The translations under genes and the position numbers were made by a program. From the NCBI GenBank assembly GCA_002633005.1, contig NMRA01000025.1:1343160-1407159 (forward strand): a stretch of 64,000 nt of DNA, given 5' to 3'. Source of the stretch: Phoronis australis (taxonomy: Eukaryota; Animalia; Phoronida). Each line of letters starts with the position of its first letter. The stretch's first letter is position 1. Below are positions 50,528-61,540 of this stretch, one piece after another. The notes under the pieces are model-generated. The model did not search any database and was not told where the DNA came from. It was given only the letters and a program-made list of their open reading frames with translations.

Positions 50528-51119
50528 CTACGAGAATAAAGAAATTTATTTAACAAAAAGATGAAGGTAAAGACTGGCTACAAAAAGTTGATGACATTTC
50601 TGTTTCTGTCAGTGAAATGGAAACATACCGATTGAAGATATTAGTCATGAGAAAGGGTTTGTACTACCAAAATAGACAAAAGTATTTAAGGAGAGTAAAT
50701 TTCATGGACAAACGTGCTAAAAGTAATCCAGCAAAATACGGTTCTCCACCACAACGGCCAATAAAGCAAACAGTGAAAATTACTCATCGACATCACTCTG
50801 GCAAATCCTAACATTTTTTCCTTGTTAACTTTCCGCTAAATTCCCGTCGTTCCAAAGACTGCATTCCGCTCAAGCTTCACAGAAATGACAGGAAATTCAA
50901 AACAATTTTATCTGAGTATGCTATAGCGTGAACTACACTGACCAAACACAACTGATTTGAAACAGAGATGGCAAAATGTGTTGCAGCAAATTCTTCATAT
51001 ACTACAATTTATGACTGCATCTTGGTAAATATTGCAGAAACAATTTAAAGGGAGACTGTCTCGACAAACCAATTAAAGATTTTTCCCCATATGGTACTTG
51101 CAATGACCTAAATATTTAC

Positions 51120-51248
51120 CTTCTTATCCACCTCTTTCTTAGCAGCAGGTTTGAACGACTCCTTCTTAGCCTGAATATCATCATATATCGAGTCGTACTC
51201 GTACACAGTCGGGTCATCACTCAGTGCTTTAGCCACCTCTAACTGTGT
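51120..51248 (-). CDS. NSRP1: NSRP1 exon 4
   Basis: TQLEVAKALSDDPTVYEYDSIYDDIQAKK (conserved VYEYDSIYD motif); cag/gtaaa boundaries. Confidence 0.96.
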
Positions 51249-51469
51249 CTGCAATGAGCCAATCACAAGAATGAAAGAAGTGTATAAAGAACTTATTACA
51301 AACTTGCAGTTGTATACAATTTGACAGTCAGAAGCAGACTTCAGCTGTATGTTTTAAGTAATGTATTGTACTTCACAACATTGCCCTGCATCACAATGTA
51401 CTTGGCAGCACTGAACTGCAGTGCACGTACAGTGCACTATGAAACCCATTTCTCATTCCAGCAATTGGT

Positions 51470-51600
51470 CTGTACTGTACTGTACTGAACGGTACCATAC
51501 CGTACTGTACTGTACTGAACTGTAATGCGTTTATAGTGCACTGTATAACCTAGGTCTCATTCCAAGAATTGGCCTGTACTGTGCTGTACTGAACTCTACT
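51470..51600. repeat. Degenerate (CTGTA)n pentamer tract
   Basis: tgtactgtactgtactgaac repeated in NSRP1 intron 3. Confidence 0.75.
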
Positions 51601-52672
51601 ATAAAGCAACAACTATAAGGTCAAAAAGCATAATTGGTTCTAATCACTGCTTCTTCGAAAATCAAGTCAGAGGTACAGATTCTCGTTTTTTCAAGAAAAT
51701 CTATCAGAGATGAGCAAAAATGACACAAGATAGCTTAAAGCAAATCAGGGCGTTTCAAACCTTGCTTCCCCTTGTTTACATGACTTTGTGCAATTTAATA
51801 ACATGAAACCTCGACTAAAACTGATACAGCAGATATATTTTTAGTTGTTGAGTGCAAGTTTCAAAATGTGTTGAGGTAAAGACCAGAAGCAACTTTGCTT
51901 TTTTGGCCTAATGTACCGATTCTTACGCCAGGGATTGGTGAGCAGACGTCAGCGGTCTTAAATTTAATGATGAAAATGAAACTTTGACAGTATTGATTGC
52001 GAGAGACTAGTCTAACTCTGAGATGAAATAAACTTGTCTTATTTTGATAGCTCTTAATTAACAGAAGTCCGAGTTTTTCTAGTAACACAAAATATGCAGC
52101 TCAAACCCAACACTACTACCATAAGGCCATTTGATTTACTTTCAAATAATAACAAGCAAAAGACCTTGAAAAAGACCAAATACTTTTGTGGCACAATTAA
52201 TTTCCAACCAAGCCCTGATCCACTATTCAAATAATGCTCATGCAAGAAAAAACAAATTCGAATTCATACTACAGTAGGGTATACCTCATTGCATAATCAG
52301 TACAACAGAGTACAGTACAACATAGCACTGTGCAGCTTGCCAGACAGACATCAAGCAGAGGTCCATCATAATTTGTCAATTAATTTGTACCTTTTAAAAT
52401 TTGTATTTATAAAAATTTGCTATGATTACCACAAGTCACTTTTCTTCTTCCAAGCTCCATGCCGATAAAACCAGTCTAATAATTCGCACAGCGCATATCA
52501 ACCAAAACATTGCTTAGTAAAATCTTGGACTTGTTACAACACAAGAAGCAAACGATCAGGCTTCCTCTAATCTTTTACGAAAATAAACTACCACAGTACA
52601 ATGACACATCACTGAACTGAAAATCTCAAAAAAGCAAACAGCAACTATTGCCCACTTAGATCAGTTCACAAC

Positions 52673-52741
52673 CTGTTTCCTCAAAGCAGTTTTCTTGGCC
52701 TGACTTGACAAAGATTTGTTCACCAAGGAGGCCCCATCTTC
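52673..52741 (-). CDS. NSRP1: NSRP1 exon 3
   Basis: EDGASLVNKSLSSQAKKTALRKQ, 69 nt, phase 0/0, tag/gt boundaries; aligns to the SVSESL..AAKK.AMKQ region. Confidence 0.85.
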
Positions 52742-53091
52742 CTACAATAATTATACACCATCAATACATTAGTGATTTCTTTGTACACAACGGATGACAA
52801 TGGATGAAATCAAGTCTATGGTTTATAGTAAACAAAAGAGAGAATATTTTTGCTCAAAGTAACTCTTCATTAATGGTGAACAGATTTATCTAGGCATTTA
52901 CTATTGGTGTGAGAGGCACGTGTTAGAACGCTATTTAGACGTAAGTGGAAGATTTGCAATGAAATAGTGAATATCATCTCCATTATGTAAATTTTATTTT
53001 ATACTTAACATTTAGACAAATGATAACTTTGATTTAATTCTTGGGAAATTAAAACATGCTGAAGACTCAATACACTTGGTATAGTTACAAT

Positions 53092-53508
53092 TATAAGAAC
53101 ACAATCAGGTCCTTTCAACAAATATTCATTATGAGAACACAATCAAGTCTTTTCAACAAATATTCATTATAAGAACACAGTCACGTCCTTTCAACAAATA
53201 TTCATTATAAGAACACAGTCATGTCCTTTCAACATATATTCATTATAAGAACACAGTCACGTCCTTTCAACAAATATTCATTATAAGAACACAGTCATGT
53301 CCTTTCAACAAATATTCATTATAAGAACACAGTCATGTCCTTTCAACATATATTCATTATAAGAACACAGTCATTTCCTTTCAACAAATATTCATTATAA
53401 ACTCACACTCACTTCCTTCCAACAAATATTCATTACAAGAACACAATCACGTCCTCTCAACAAACATTCATAAGAGCACAGTCATGTCCTTTCAACAAAT
53501 ATTGATTT
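53092..53508. repeat. 38-bp minisatellite (~11 copies)
   Basis: Unit ataagaacacagtca(t/c)gtcctttcaacaaatattcatt. Confidence 0.95.
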
Positions 53509-53629
53509 ACTTTCTTCATTACCAAGTCCCGTCTCCAGATTTTTTTTAATGAAGTAAACAATTGTTTTTCAAATTTGTTTGGATTAACAAACCAGACAAT
53601 ATTAGCAAAACCACGAAGGAAGTGTTAAC

Positions 53630-54230
53630 ATGACAGAACTGAAATATTTTAGTGGATGTAAACATGTCTATAATGAAATCAATAGAAGCCTACTGCTCAG
53701 AGGAAGTTCAGACAATTCAGGATACACAACTGACCCCAGTATATGGAAGATTTATTACAAAATCCTTCTTTTATGTGCAAATAATACAAAAAACAAGCAA
53801 ATTTCAATACAAATTGATGAATAGCTTCCTTCCTCGAAATGTCTGGGTATCTAAAATTACTTAATATGTTGATTCTGATTCCTGTAGTTTTTGTGACAAT
53901 GAACGTGAGATGGTCGAACATTTATTTGTGCACTGTTATCTTACGCGTTCTTTTTGGCAAGATATTGAGAGCCTGTTGTCAGCAAAGATTGACTCCGAAC
54001 TTGATTTAGAATGAAATACCATGCTTTTTGGAATCCCTTTTAAAAAAGAAAACAAGGTACTCAATTGGATACAAATATTACTTTTACATTACAAAGATTA
54101 AAAAATTTAATGTTTTTAATAATTATTTGGCAATAAATTTTAATACTGAAAAGTCTGTTTTAAAGTACAGTGATCTCAGATGGGTACAACTGCAAGAGTT
54201 TTGGATACCAGGGGAGTCCTAAAGTTTTCA
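53630..54230 (+). pseudogene. Decayed 3' end of an L1/Tx1-type LINE ORF2 (zf-RVT CCHC region), antisense in NSRP1 intron 2
   Basis: KFQYKLMNSFLPRNVWVSKIT*YVDSDSCSFCDNEREMVEHLFVHCYLTRSFWQDIE: CxxC-x8-H-x4-C followed by FW; stops and frameshifts present. Confidence 0.8.
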
Positions 54231-54446
54231 CTCTCTTACAATTACTCAATAACTAGACTAGGGTCACCTGCACAGGTTAAATGGTGCACGAATCTGGTTT
54301 AGCACTTTCATTGATAATATTATTAATTTCCAATGTTGTGTTTGAAGAATAAATAGCTTAAATGGAAAAAAGTTAAACAAAATGCGTTTAACCTCCAAAG
54401 TATTTCTCAAAGCATATCCTCAAGTGGGCATTCTTAACACTCTTAC

Positions 54447-54537
54447 CTCATCACTATCATCACCAAACACAGACAACTTTTGTAGAGGCTTCTTTTGGAC
54501 ACCCGATGACTTGCCTGCTGGGATTATCAAACCGTAT
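54447..54537 (-). CDS. NSRP1: NSRP1 exon 2
   Basis: (K)YGLIIPAGKSSGVQKKPLQKLSVFGDDSDE (cf. YGLILP...PSVFGNDSD); ttttcag/gtaag boundaries. Confidence 0.92.
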
Positions 54538-55447
54538 CTGAAAAAGTGTACAAAAAAATCATGCTTGTTCAGGATTGAATCAAAGTGCCATACTTCAACA
54601 TTTAAAGCATAGTTTTCATATTAAAAAGGATGTATGGAGTTTAATTATTAGACCCACTCATTCCTCCGACTGAGTTAACCACGAACAAATGAGGGCGATC
54701 ATTCTCATTTATAAGCTGCATCACAACACCGCATCCTTAAAATTGATTTCAAAATCTAAATGCCATACCTAATTTTCACTTCTCAATGTCATTTCAATTG
54801 TTTTATTCACTATACATATGAACGGTGAATATTTTGCCACTAGAATTTTAAACAGAACTACCCGACAGGTTAAATAGGTTTCAACAGCGAATTCTGAAAA
54901 TGAGTGGGGGTGGGGCGCTTATAGGGGCATGGGAACTTATTAGGACGAATGTTATTATTTATAAAATAATTTTGGCTAAAATGACATTGTACATTATAAT
55001 AAGAAATCAGTTCCAAGAAATATGGTATTTCACTTGCTGTAAGCACATGGGCCTGTCTTCCCCTTTCCCCCCCTTCTCTTCGTTTCGGACTAGTCCACAA
55101 ATTCCTTTGTGCACGACCACACTCTGTGATCTTTTGTCTAGATGAATCGCGGAATGGGTGACATCCACTGAATCGGTAGGATCGCACTGTGCCAGTGTTT
55201 TTTACTGCCGTAGCATCGACACGCTGACCAAACTGAACCTTAAATTCATGATAAAAACAGCACAAGGAGCAAAAAATTTATTCATGTTCATCTGGGAAAC
55301 GATATAGTGCTTTTGCGCTCTGAAAATTCGCTCGCCACCTGGGCGACCGGCAAGTCAACTTCTACTCGCCCAGCACCATTTTTACATGCATTTTTTATTG
55401 TGTCGACTGGGCGAGTGGCTAAGTACCGTCAGAGGTCCTCAAGTCAT

Positions 55448-56030
55448 GAGTGCCCTAAAGTCGTGAACAATCTTATTTCCTCTTCTGCGCAGTCCTGCGA
55501 CATCTGGCGTTGAAGTTTCCAGCGTTCGTCTGCTTACGAACGTCAAACAAATACCCGGACGTGTTCGTATTCACAATATGATAACAAACAGTGAGTGAGT
55601 GGCTTCTTTTTTCAAATGTATCTTAAAAACAGCATCTTTAACTAATTCACTTTTTTGGGCATTTTTGGGATATATTTTCAAAAATATTTATTGTTCAGAT
55701 TTACTCAAACACGCGCTCCAGGCGTGGCTTGAACAATGTATCAAAATGTCCCAGGGTCGATCAAGTTTTGTAAGGCCAAAACAATAAAATACAGAGCGAT
55801 AACTGATGCTGGGTTCTTAGCGTTTTACGTGAACAACCTCATTGAAAACATCTGTGCACATCAAAGTTGGGTGCAAAATTTATAACAATTTAGTTCAATT
55901 GAAACTGAATTAATAAACAATGCAATGCATTTTTATGTCATCTAGAGTAACTGTAAGCACTGTAGTTGACTTGTGTGGTCATACTTCGTGCATTTCCGTC
56001 TAAAAGAAACGTTCACGACTTTAGGGCCTC
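55448..56030. mobile_element. Non-autonomous TIR element (583 bp) with AT flanks, ISL2EU-like
   Basis: AT|GAGTGCCCTAAAGTCGTGAAC ... GTTCACGACTTTAGGGCCTC|AT; a related end occurs at about 58020-58040. Confidence 0.7.
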
Positions 56031-56199
56031 ATTCAAACACCGGCAATATCAGCAACAGTTTTAAAACTCTGCTTACGGATACAAACAAGGACTAAGATTG
56101 TCAAAACACGTATATATTTGTGAAGGCTGATATATGTCCATGACATCACATGAGCAGTTGAAAACGGGCACTGGGTAGTATGACAATCAACTGCTTATT

Positions 56200-58000
56200 T
56201 AGGCAATGACAATCGCCTCTGTTGGCCCGAAGCAGAGGCGATGCAGAGGCTATAGGCGCTCTGTACGCCGGAAGCTTTTCGGCGAATTATGCCTCGCACC
56301 GACTAAACCATCAAAGTCACGTTTTTATAAATTCCTTTTGCGCATAGAGGAACACCTTAGGAGGTTGTCGATGTGTTTACTTCCTTCCAACTCAAACAAA
56401 TACTCCCGTTATGAAACTTTTTCTTCGAGCAGTCCCTATTTCAGTTCGCAAAATCGTGAAATCAACTTTTTCATTTTTTTAATCAGGCCGAAGATCAGAA
56501 GTTGCGGACCTAACGGCGAACTTTGAAAGCTGAAGATCCCGCCCTTCGCATACGTGCTGCCGGGAACCAGCCGTGCATTTGCCGTGTTGTTAAATGTGTG
56601 CACAAAGACTATTAAATGTCATATCAACAGCATTTATTTTTATCAAATACAAACAATGATTCATTGAAATACAATCAGTTTCAAGTAACGCCAATTAAAG
56701 ACAAGTATAAGTGGTGGCATTTTGGAAACGAACATTTGACTGACAAGACCGCAATGGCTCACCTTTGGCCTATTTAAAGATTGAGGTCATGAATTGGAGC
56801 GTGCGCAGTATAAAAATGGTGAGTTCACGATTTTGGGAACTGAAATAGGGACTGCTCGAAGAAAAAGTTTCATAATGGGAGTATTTGTTCGAGTTGGAAG
56901 GAATTAAACACATCGACAACCTCCTAAGGTGTTCCTCTATGCGCAAAAGGTATTTGTAACAACGTGACTTTGATGGTTTAGTCGGTGCGAGGCATAATTC
57001 GCCGAAAAGCTTCCGGCGTACAGAGCGCCTATAGCCTCTACATCGCCTCTGCTTCGGGCCAACAGAGGCGATGGTCATTGCCTACTGAGGGCGTTGATGT
57101 GTTTAATTCCTTCCAACTCGAACAAATACTCCCGTTATGAAACTTTTTCTTCGAGCAGTCCCTATTTCAGTTCCCAAAATCGTGAACTCAACTTTTTTAT
57201 ACTGCGCACGCTCCAATTCATGACCTCAATCTTTAAATAGGCCAAAGGTGAGCCATTGCGGTCTTGGCAGTCAAATGTTCGTTTCCAAAATGCCACCACT
57301 TATACTTGTCTTTAATTGGCGTTACTTGAAACTGATTGTATTTCAATGAATCATTGTTTGTATTTGATAAAAACAAATGCTGTTGATATGACATTTAATA
57401 GTCTTTTTGCACATATTTGACATTTTAATGTTTAACAACACGGCAAATGCACGACTGGTTCCCGGCAGCACGTACGCGAAGGGCGGGAACTTCAGCTTTC
57501 AAAGTTCGCCGGTAGGTCCGCAACTTCTGACCTTCGGCCTGGTTAAAAAAAAATGAAAAAGTTGAGTTCACGATTTTGGGAACTGAAATCGAGACTGCTC
57601 GAAGAAAAAGTTTCATAACGGGAGTATTTGTTCGAGTTGGAAGTAATTAAACACATCGACAACCTCGTAAGCCGTAAGGTGTCCCTCTATGCGCAAAAGG
57701 TATTTATAACAACGTGACTTTGATGGTTTAGTCGGTGCGAGGCATAATTCGCCGAAAAGCTTCCGGCGTACAGAGCGCCTATAGCCTCTACATCGCCTCT
57801 GCTTCGGGCCAACAGAGGCGATGGTCATTGCCTACCTCCTCAGGTGTTCCTCTATGCGCAAAAGGTATTTATAAAAACGTGACTTTGATGGTTTAGTCGG
57901 TGCAAGGCATAATTCGCCGAAAAGCTTCCGGCGTACAGAGCGCCTATAGCCTCTGCATCGCCTCTGCTTCCGAACCAACAGAGGCGATGGTCATTGCCTA
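56200..58000. mobile_element. Compound non-autonomous DNA transposon, TAG..CTA ends, ~265-bp TIRs, 9-bp TSD (AcademH-like)
   Basis: TSD ctgcttatt at 56191-56199 and 58001-58009; unit of 885 bp (56200-57084), an inverted second unit (57085-57834) and a distal TIR piece (57835-58000). Confidence 0.85.
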
Positions 58001-58208
58001 CTGCTTATTATGCTTATATTCACGACTTTAGGTCACCAGTGTAAACATCCCTGCTGATTGCATGAACAGGTCTGAGCCAACTAGAAAAGAAATACAGTAA
58101 AAGTGCACGTAAGGGACGATCAACGTAAATATGATAACGAGAAACTGCGAATTCGAACCAAATAACAACAAACAAACTCCAGACTGAGAAAAGTATAGTA
58201 TTACATAC

Positions 58209-58225
58209 TTCTTGGTGGCCGCCAT
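58209..58225 (-). CDS. NSRP1: NSRP1 exon 1 coding part (MAATKK)
   Basis: ATG GCG GCC ACC AAG AA|gtatgt; phase 2 joins exon 2 to give MAATKKYGL; the 7 exons total 1233 nt = 410 aa + stop. Confidence 0.85.
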
Positions 58226-58345
58226 ATTGAATGGTTTTTGCGCCACCTCTCGATAAAATTCAATGGTTTTCAAATGACTCATGGTGACGCTAGCAGAAAC
58301 CGTCTTTGGTGACAGTGTTCAAAATGACTCATGGTGACAGTGTTC
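58218..58345 (-). promoter_or_regulatory. Putative NSRP1 core promoter/5'UTR region
   Basis: YY1-type AATATGGCGGC overlapping the ATG; short duplicated block containing TGACTCA twice (about 58276 and 58325). Confidence 0.4.
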
Positions 58346-58346
58346 A

Positions 58347-58797
58347 GTGCCCGGTTGCAAGAAACAGTCCCAAATAGAAACACAACTAACTTCCCTGAAT
58401 CTACTGCGTGCTTGTGGGTCTCTGAAAACGCCTGATTGTCCTGTCTTTCTGTTCGAGTCTCGTTACTACAATTAATGTTTGGCTTTAATACACATCGAGA
58501 GTAACCTTAACGTCACGTAATTTCTCAATATCCATTGAAAATAAGTTGGAATCTTTTCATGCAACGCCCCTAATTAAAGGAGTTAGTCTGAATTAGCCTA
58601 AGGGGTCAGTTTTTATTTATATCATTTTAAAAAATGCTATCATAGTTAAAGAATAGCTCGCAATAAAGACAAATGTGCCAGTCCTAAAGATTGAAAAACA
58701 TACGAAAAAAAAGTTTAAAGAACTTACTTGAGTCCCTATTTGTGACTGCTTCATGCAACCATAGATATTAGTATCTATAGTCTATGATGCAACTGGG
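58347..58797. mobile_element. Harbinger-type MITE copy 1, just upstream of NSRP1
   Basis: TIR cccggttgcaagaaacagtcccaaatag ... ctatttgtgactgcttcatgcaac; internal segment 58552-58588 matches 60992-61029 in reverse complement. Confidence 0.65.
58760..58786. mobile_element. Putative P-element-type excision footprint
   Basis: CATAGATATTAGTATCTATAGTCTATG flanked by a perfect 7-bp duplication atgcaac (58753-58759, 58787-58793), interrupting the MITE TIR. Confidence 0.65.
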
Positions 58798-60795
58798 TAG
58801 TGGATTTCCGGCAAAATGTATTCACAATTCAAAAGTGTCCATTGTTTGTTCGATTAGGAACAACATTTTTTGGTTTAAATTCATAAATATTTGATTAAAA
58901 AATAATGTTAAAACATCTTTAAAGCAAGTGTTTAGCTGAATCAGGGCTACTACTGAAAAACGAAAACCGACGATTGGGCCTTCAAATTGTTCTCATAATA
59001 TTCCTTACGATGATAGGATTTCACTCCTTTTACAATTTAAGCCACATGTAACGAAGGTCGCGTACACGCATTCGAATTTTATGAAGGCGTATGTGCATTC
59101 AAATTTTAGGCCGGGTTGGCGAACCACAATTAAAACTCATTTCTTGTCGGAGTCCTCGCACAGTTTCGATGGTGTCTCATTGGTAACGAAAGGGATTTCC
59201 ACGTCAAAGAATATTACGAGACCCGTTCTATGACTGAGAGAAACTGAAAGGCGCAATTCGATTTTCGTTTTAGTCAGCTAACCAGGGTGAAATACTAAAG
59301 GACTCATAGCGGATATGACGTGGCGTGGGCAGACTTTGGCCAAACCGAGAAGGCGCTGTAAGAGGCACTCCAGCCTCGCTGGTTCCCAACGTGCCTAACC
59401 AGCTGGCTACTGACTAGCTAGCGGCACGCAAGGAACCAGCCAGGCACTCGAGCGAGACGGTCTGAGCGATACCTTATGTGCCTTACTTGTACATGGCAGG
59501 TTAGAACAACAAGCGAATGTCACCCATCAACAGACACAGTGAAATACGGTTCATTAAAAATCTTACTCAGAACAATCAATGTAGCAGAGATGTTGTAGAG
59601 CCGGGAAAGAGAATCGTAATAATTAAATATTTTGTATGTTTTCATTATATTGTATTTTCATTGAAGTCCATTTCCGCTTCTACATATAAATGAAACGACA
59701 AAACAAAAAATAGCACGATATCATGGAACGCAAGTACGATTTATTGTCTATCATTGCGATCGAACAGAGTAATATATAAACGGACGAAGAAACGACGAAA
59801 CCTTGAAAAAATAGCACGATATTATGGAACGTTGAGTGCGATTTCTTGTCATTCATTGAGATCGAAACATTTTAAAGTAGGCCTACAGAGTAACATAGAA
59901 ACTGAGGCTTTTCCCTCCATGGGAGTACCCCGTCTCTGGAGAATATGTGATGCAAAAAACGGGAGGGTAATGACGGCTTACAAAATCGTTGTCCTAGACA
60001 GGGCCACGCAGTGGTAGTTGACAAACGTTTTCTTACACTCAGTATTTCTCCATGTTACATGTTTCGTTGTTTTTCTTTTCTCGGCTGTACTTGACCCTAT
60101 AGTAGACCTATAAGCTTTTCGCTGCAAGGTTGCTTGCTAACTCATATAACTTCACCACCATTTTCCGAAAAATACCCCACGTAAAATGTGGTCAACGAAT
60201 CCATCCAATGATGTAAGAAGAAAAGTACGGATCGCTTCTTACTTTGAACTTGGTCTGAACAAATAGCAAATTGTCGTTCTTACAAAATCCTGAACTCAAC
60301 TCCAATTCGACTGGGGATAGTTGTAAAACCAACGGTACCAATCTAAAGTTGCTTTTATTAAGGACGGTGGGTTTATAGTCGCCTTCAGCTTGTTCAAGTT
60401 ATCTGTGTCACTATAGTAATCCTAATTGCATCAAGTAGGCTACAACTTGCCAGTTTTAACGAAACCCAGAGCAACAAAGAAACCAGTTTCTCACAGTTAA
60501 TTAAAGAGGAGGGCCGGGCTTTAAGGTGGCCAACCCGGGTAGATATGATCCAAATCAGCCCACATGCCTAGTCCGCCAGCCTGCGTTGGAAACGGTCTCC
60601 GGTTATATGTAACCCACCACTTTTGATGCGTTATTAAATGAGTTAATCCATATTACCTAACACGTACAGTAACCTGGGCCCAATTGTATAACAGCAATGA
60701 CGTTGCATTATCACGCGCCAAGTTGTACTTTGAATAATACACCTGAGGCCACGTTACAATCAAAGTTATTCGGCGTAAAATTTTGAAGTGTTTTA

Positions 60796-61216
60796 TGGCC
60801 GGTAGCATGAAACAGTCACAAATAAGGACTCAACTAAGGTTCAGAAGTATTTATGCATATTTGTGTCTTCATGGACTCACAGATGCAATATTTTTCTATC
60901 ATTTCATCTTTATTATGAGCTCCTTTGATTAATGACATTTTCTGATAATATAACTTAAAACTGTGCCCAGAGTTCATTGAAAACAAACAGGGACTCAATC
61001 CTTAAATAGGGGATGTTGCATGAAAAGATCCCTTCGACAACATTGACAATTCAGCGTAGAGTTTACTCTCGATTTGTATCAAAGTCAAAGTTGAGTTAGT
61101 AATGAAACTAAAACAATACCAGAAAGGCCAATCGATATTTTCACAAGTCCAAAAATACACAGTAAATTTAAAGAACTTAGTTGAGTCCCTATTTGGGACT
61201 GTTTCATGTAATCGGG
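60796..61216. mobile_element. Harbinger-type MITE copy 2 (opposite orientation to copy 1)
   Basis: TIR ccggtagcatgaaacagtcacaaataagg ... ccctatttgggactgtttcatgtaatcggg. Confidence 0.65.
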
Positions 61217-61540
61217 GAATGCAACCCAGACCTGGTATACTAGGAATGGATGCTGTTCTAAAGTACGTATATCCCCACAAAATGCTGTCAAGTGGATTNG
61301 GGGGGGCTATAACCACATCACTTTTTCAGTGCTACATCGATCGCCCATGGTCTGTGGGCGCTGCCCAACAGGGTAGTTGGTGGCTATAGGGGCCTTCCAC
61401 TTTTATAGTGCTGCGCCGCCCATGAAATTACGACAGTTTGGGCTTAGAGGGTCTCAACAAACTGTCACAGTTTGAAGATTGTGACAGTGTTAGGATTTGT
61501 GATAGTTTGTGGTCTAACAATGCTCTATGAGACCGCTTAA

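Noticed and set aside
53092-53508. CRISPR-like array (also 3741-3942)
   Set aside because: Contiguous tandem units without unique spacers, eukaryotic context, no cas genes.
56206-57828. Three similar ORFs MTIASVGPKQRR... as a small gene family
   Set aside because: They are translations of the transposon TIR copies and diverge where the TIR ends.
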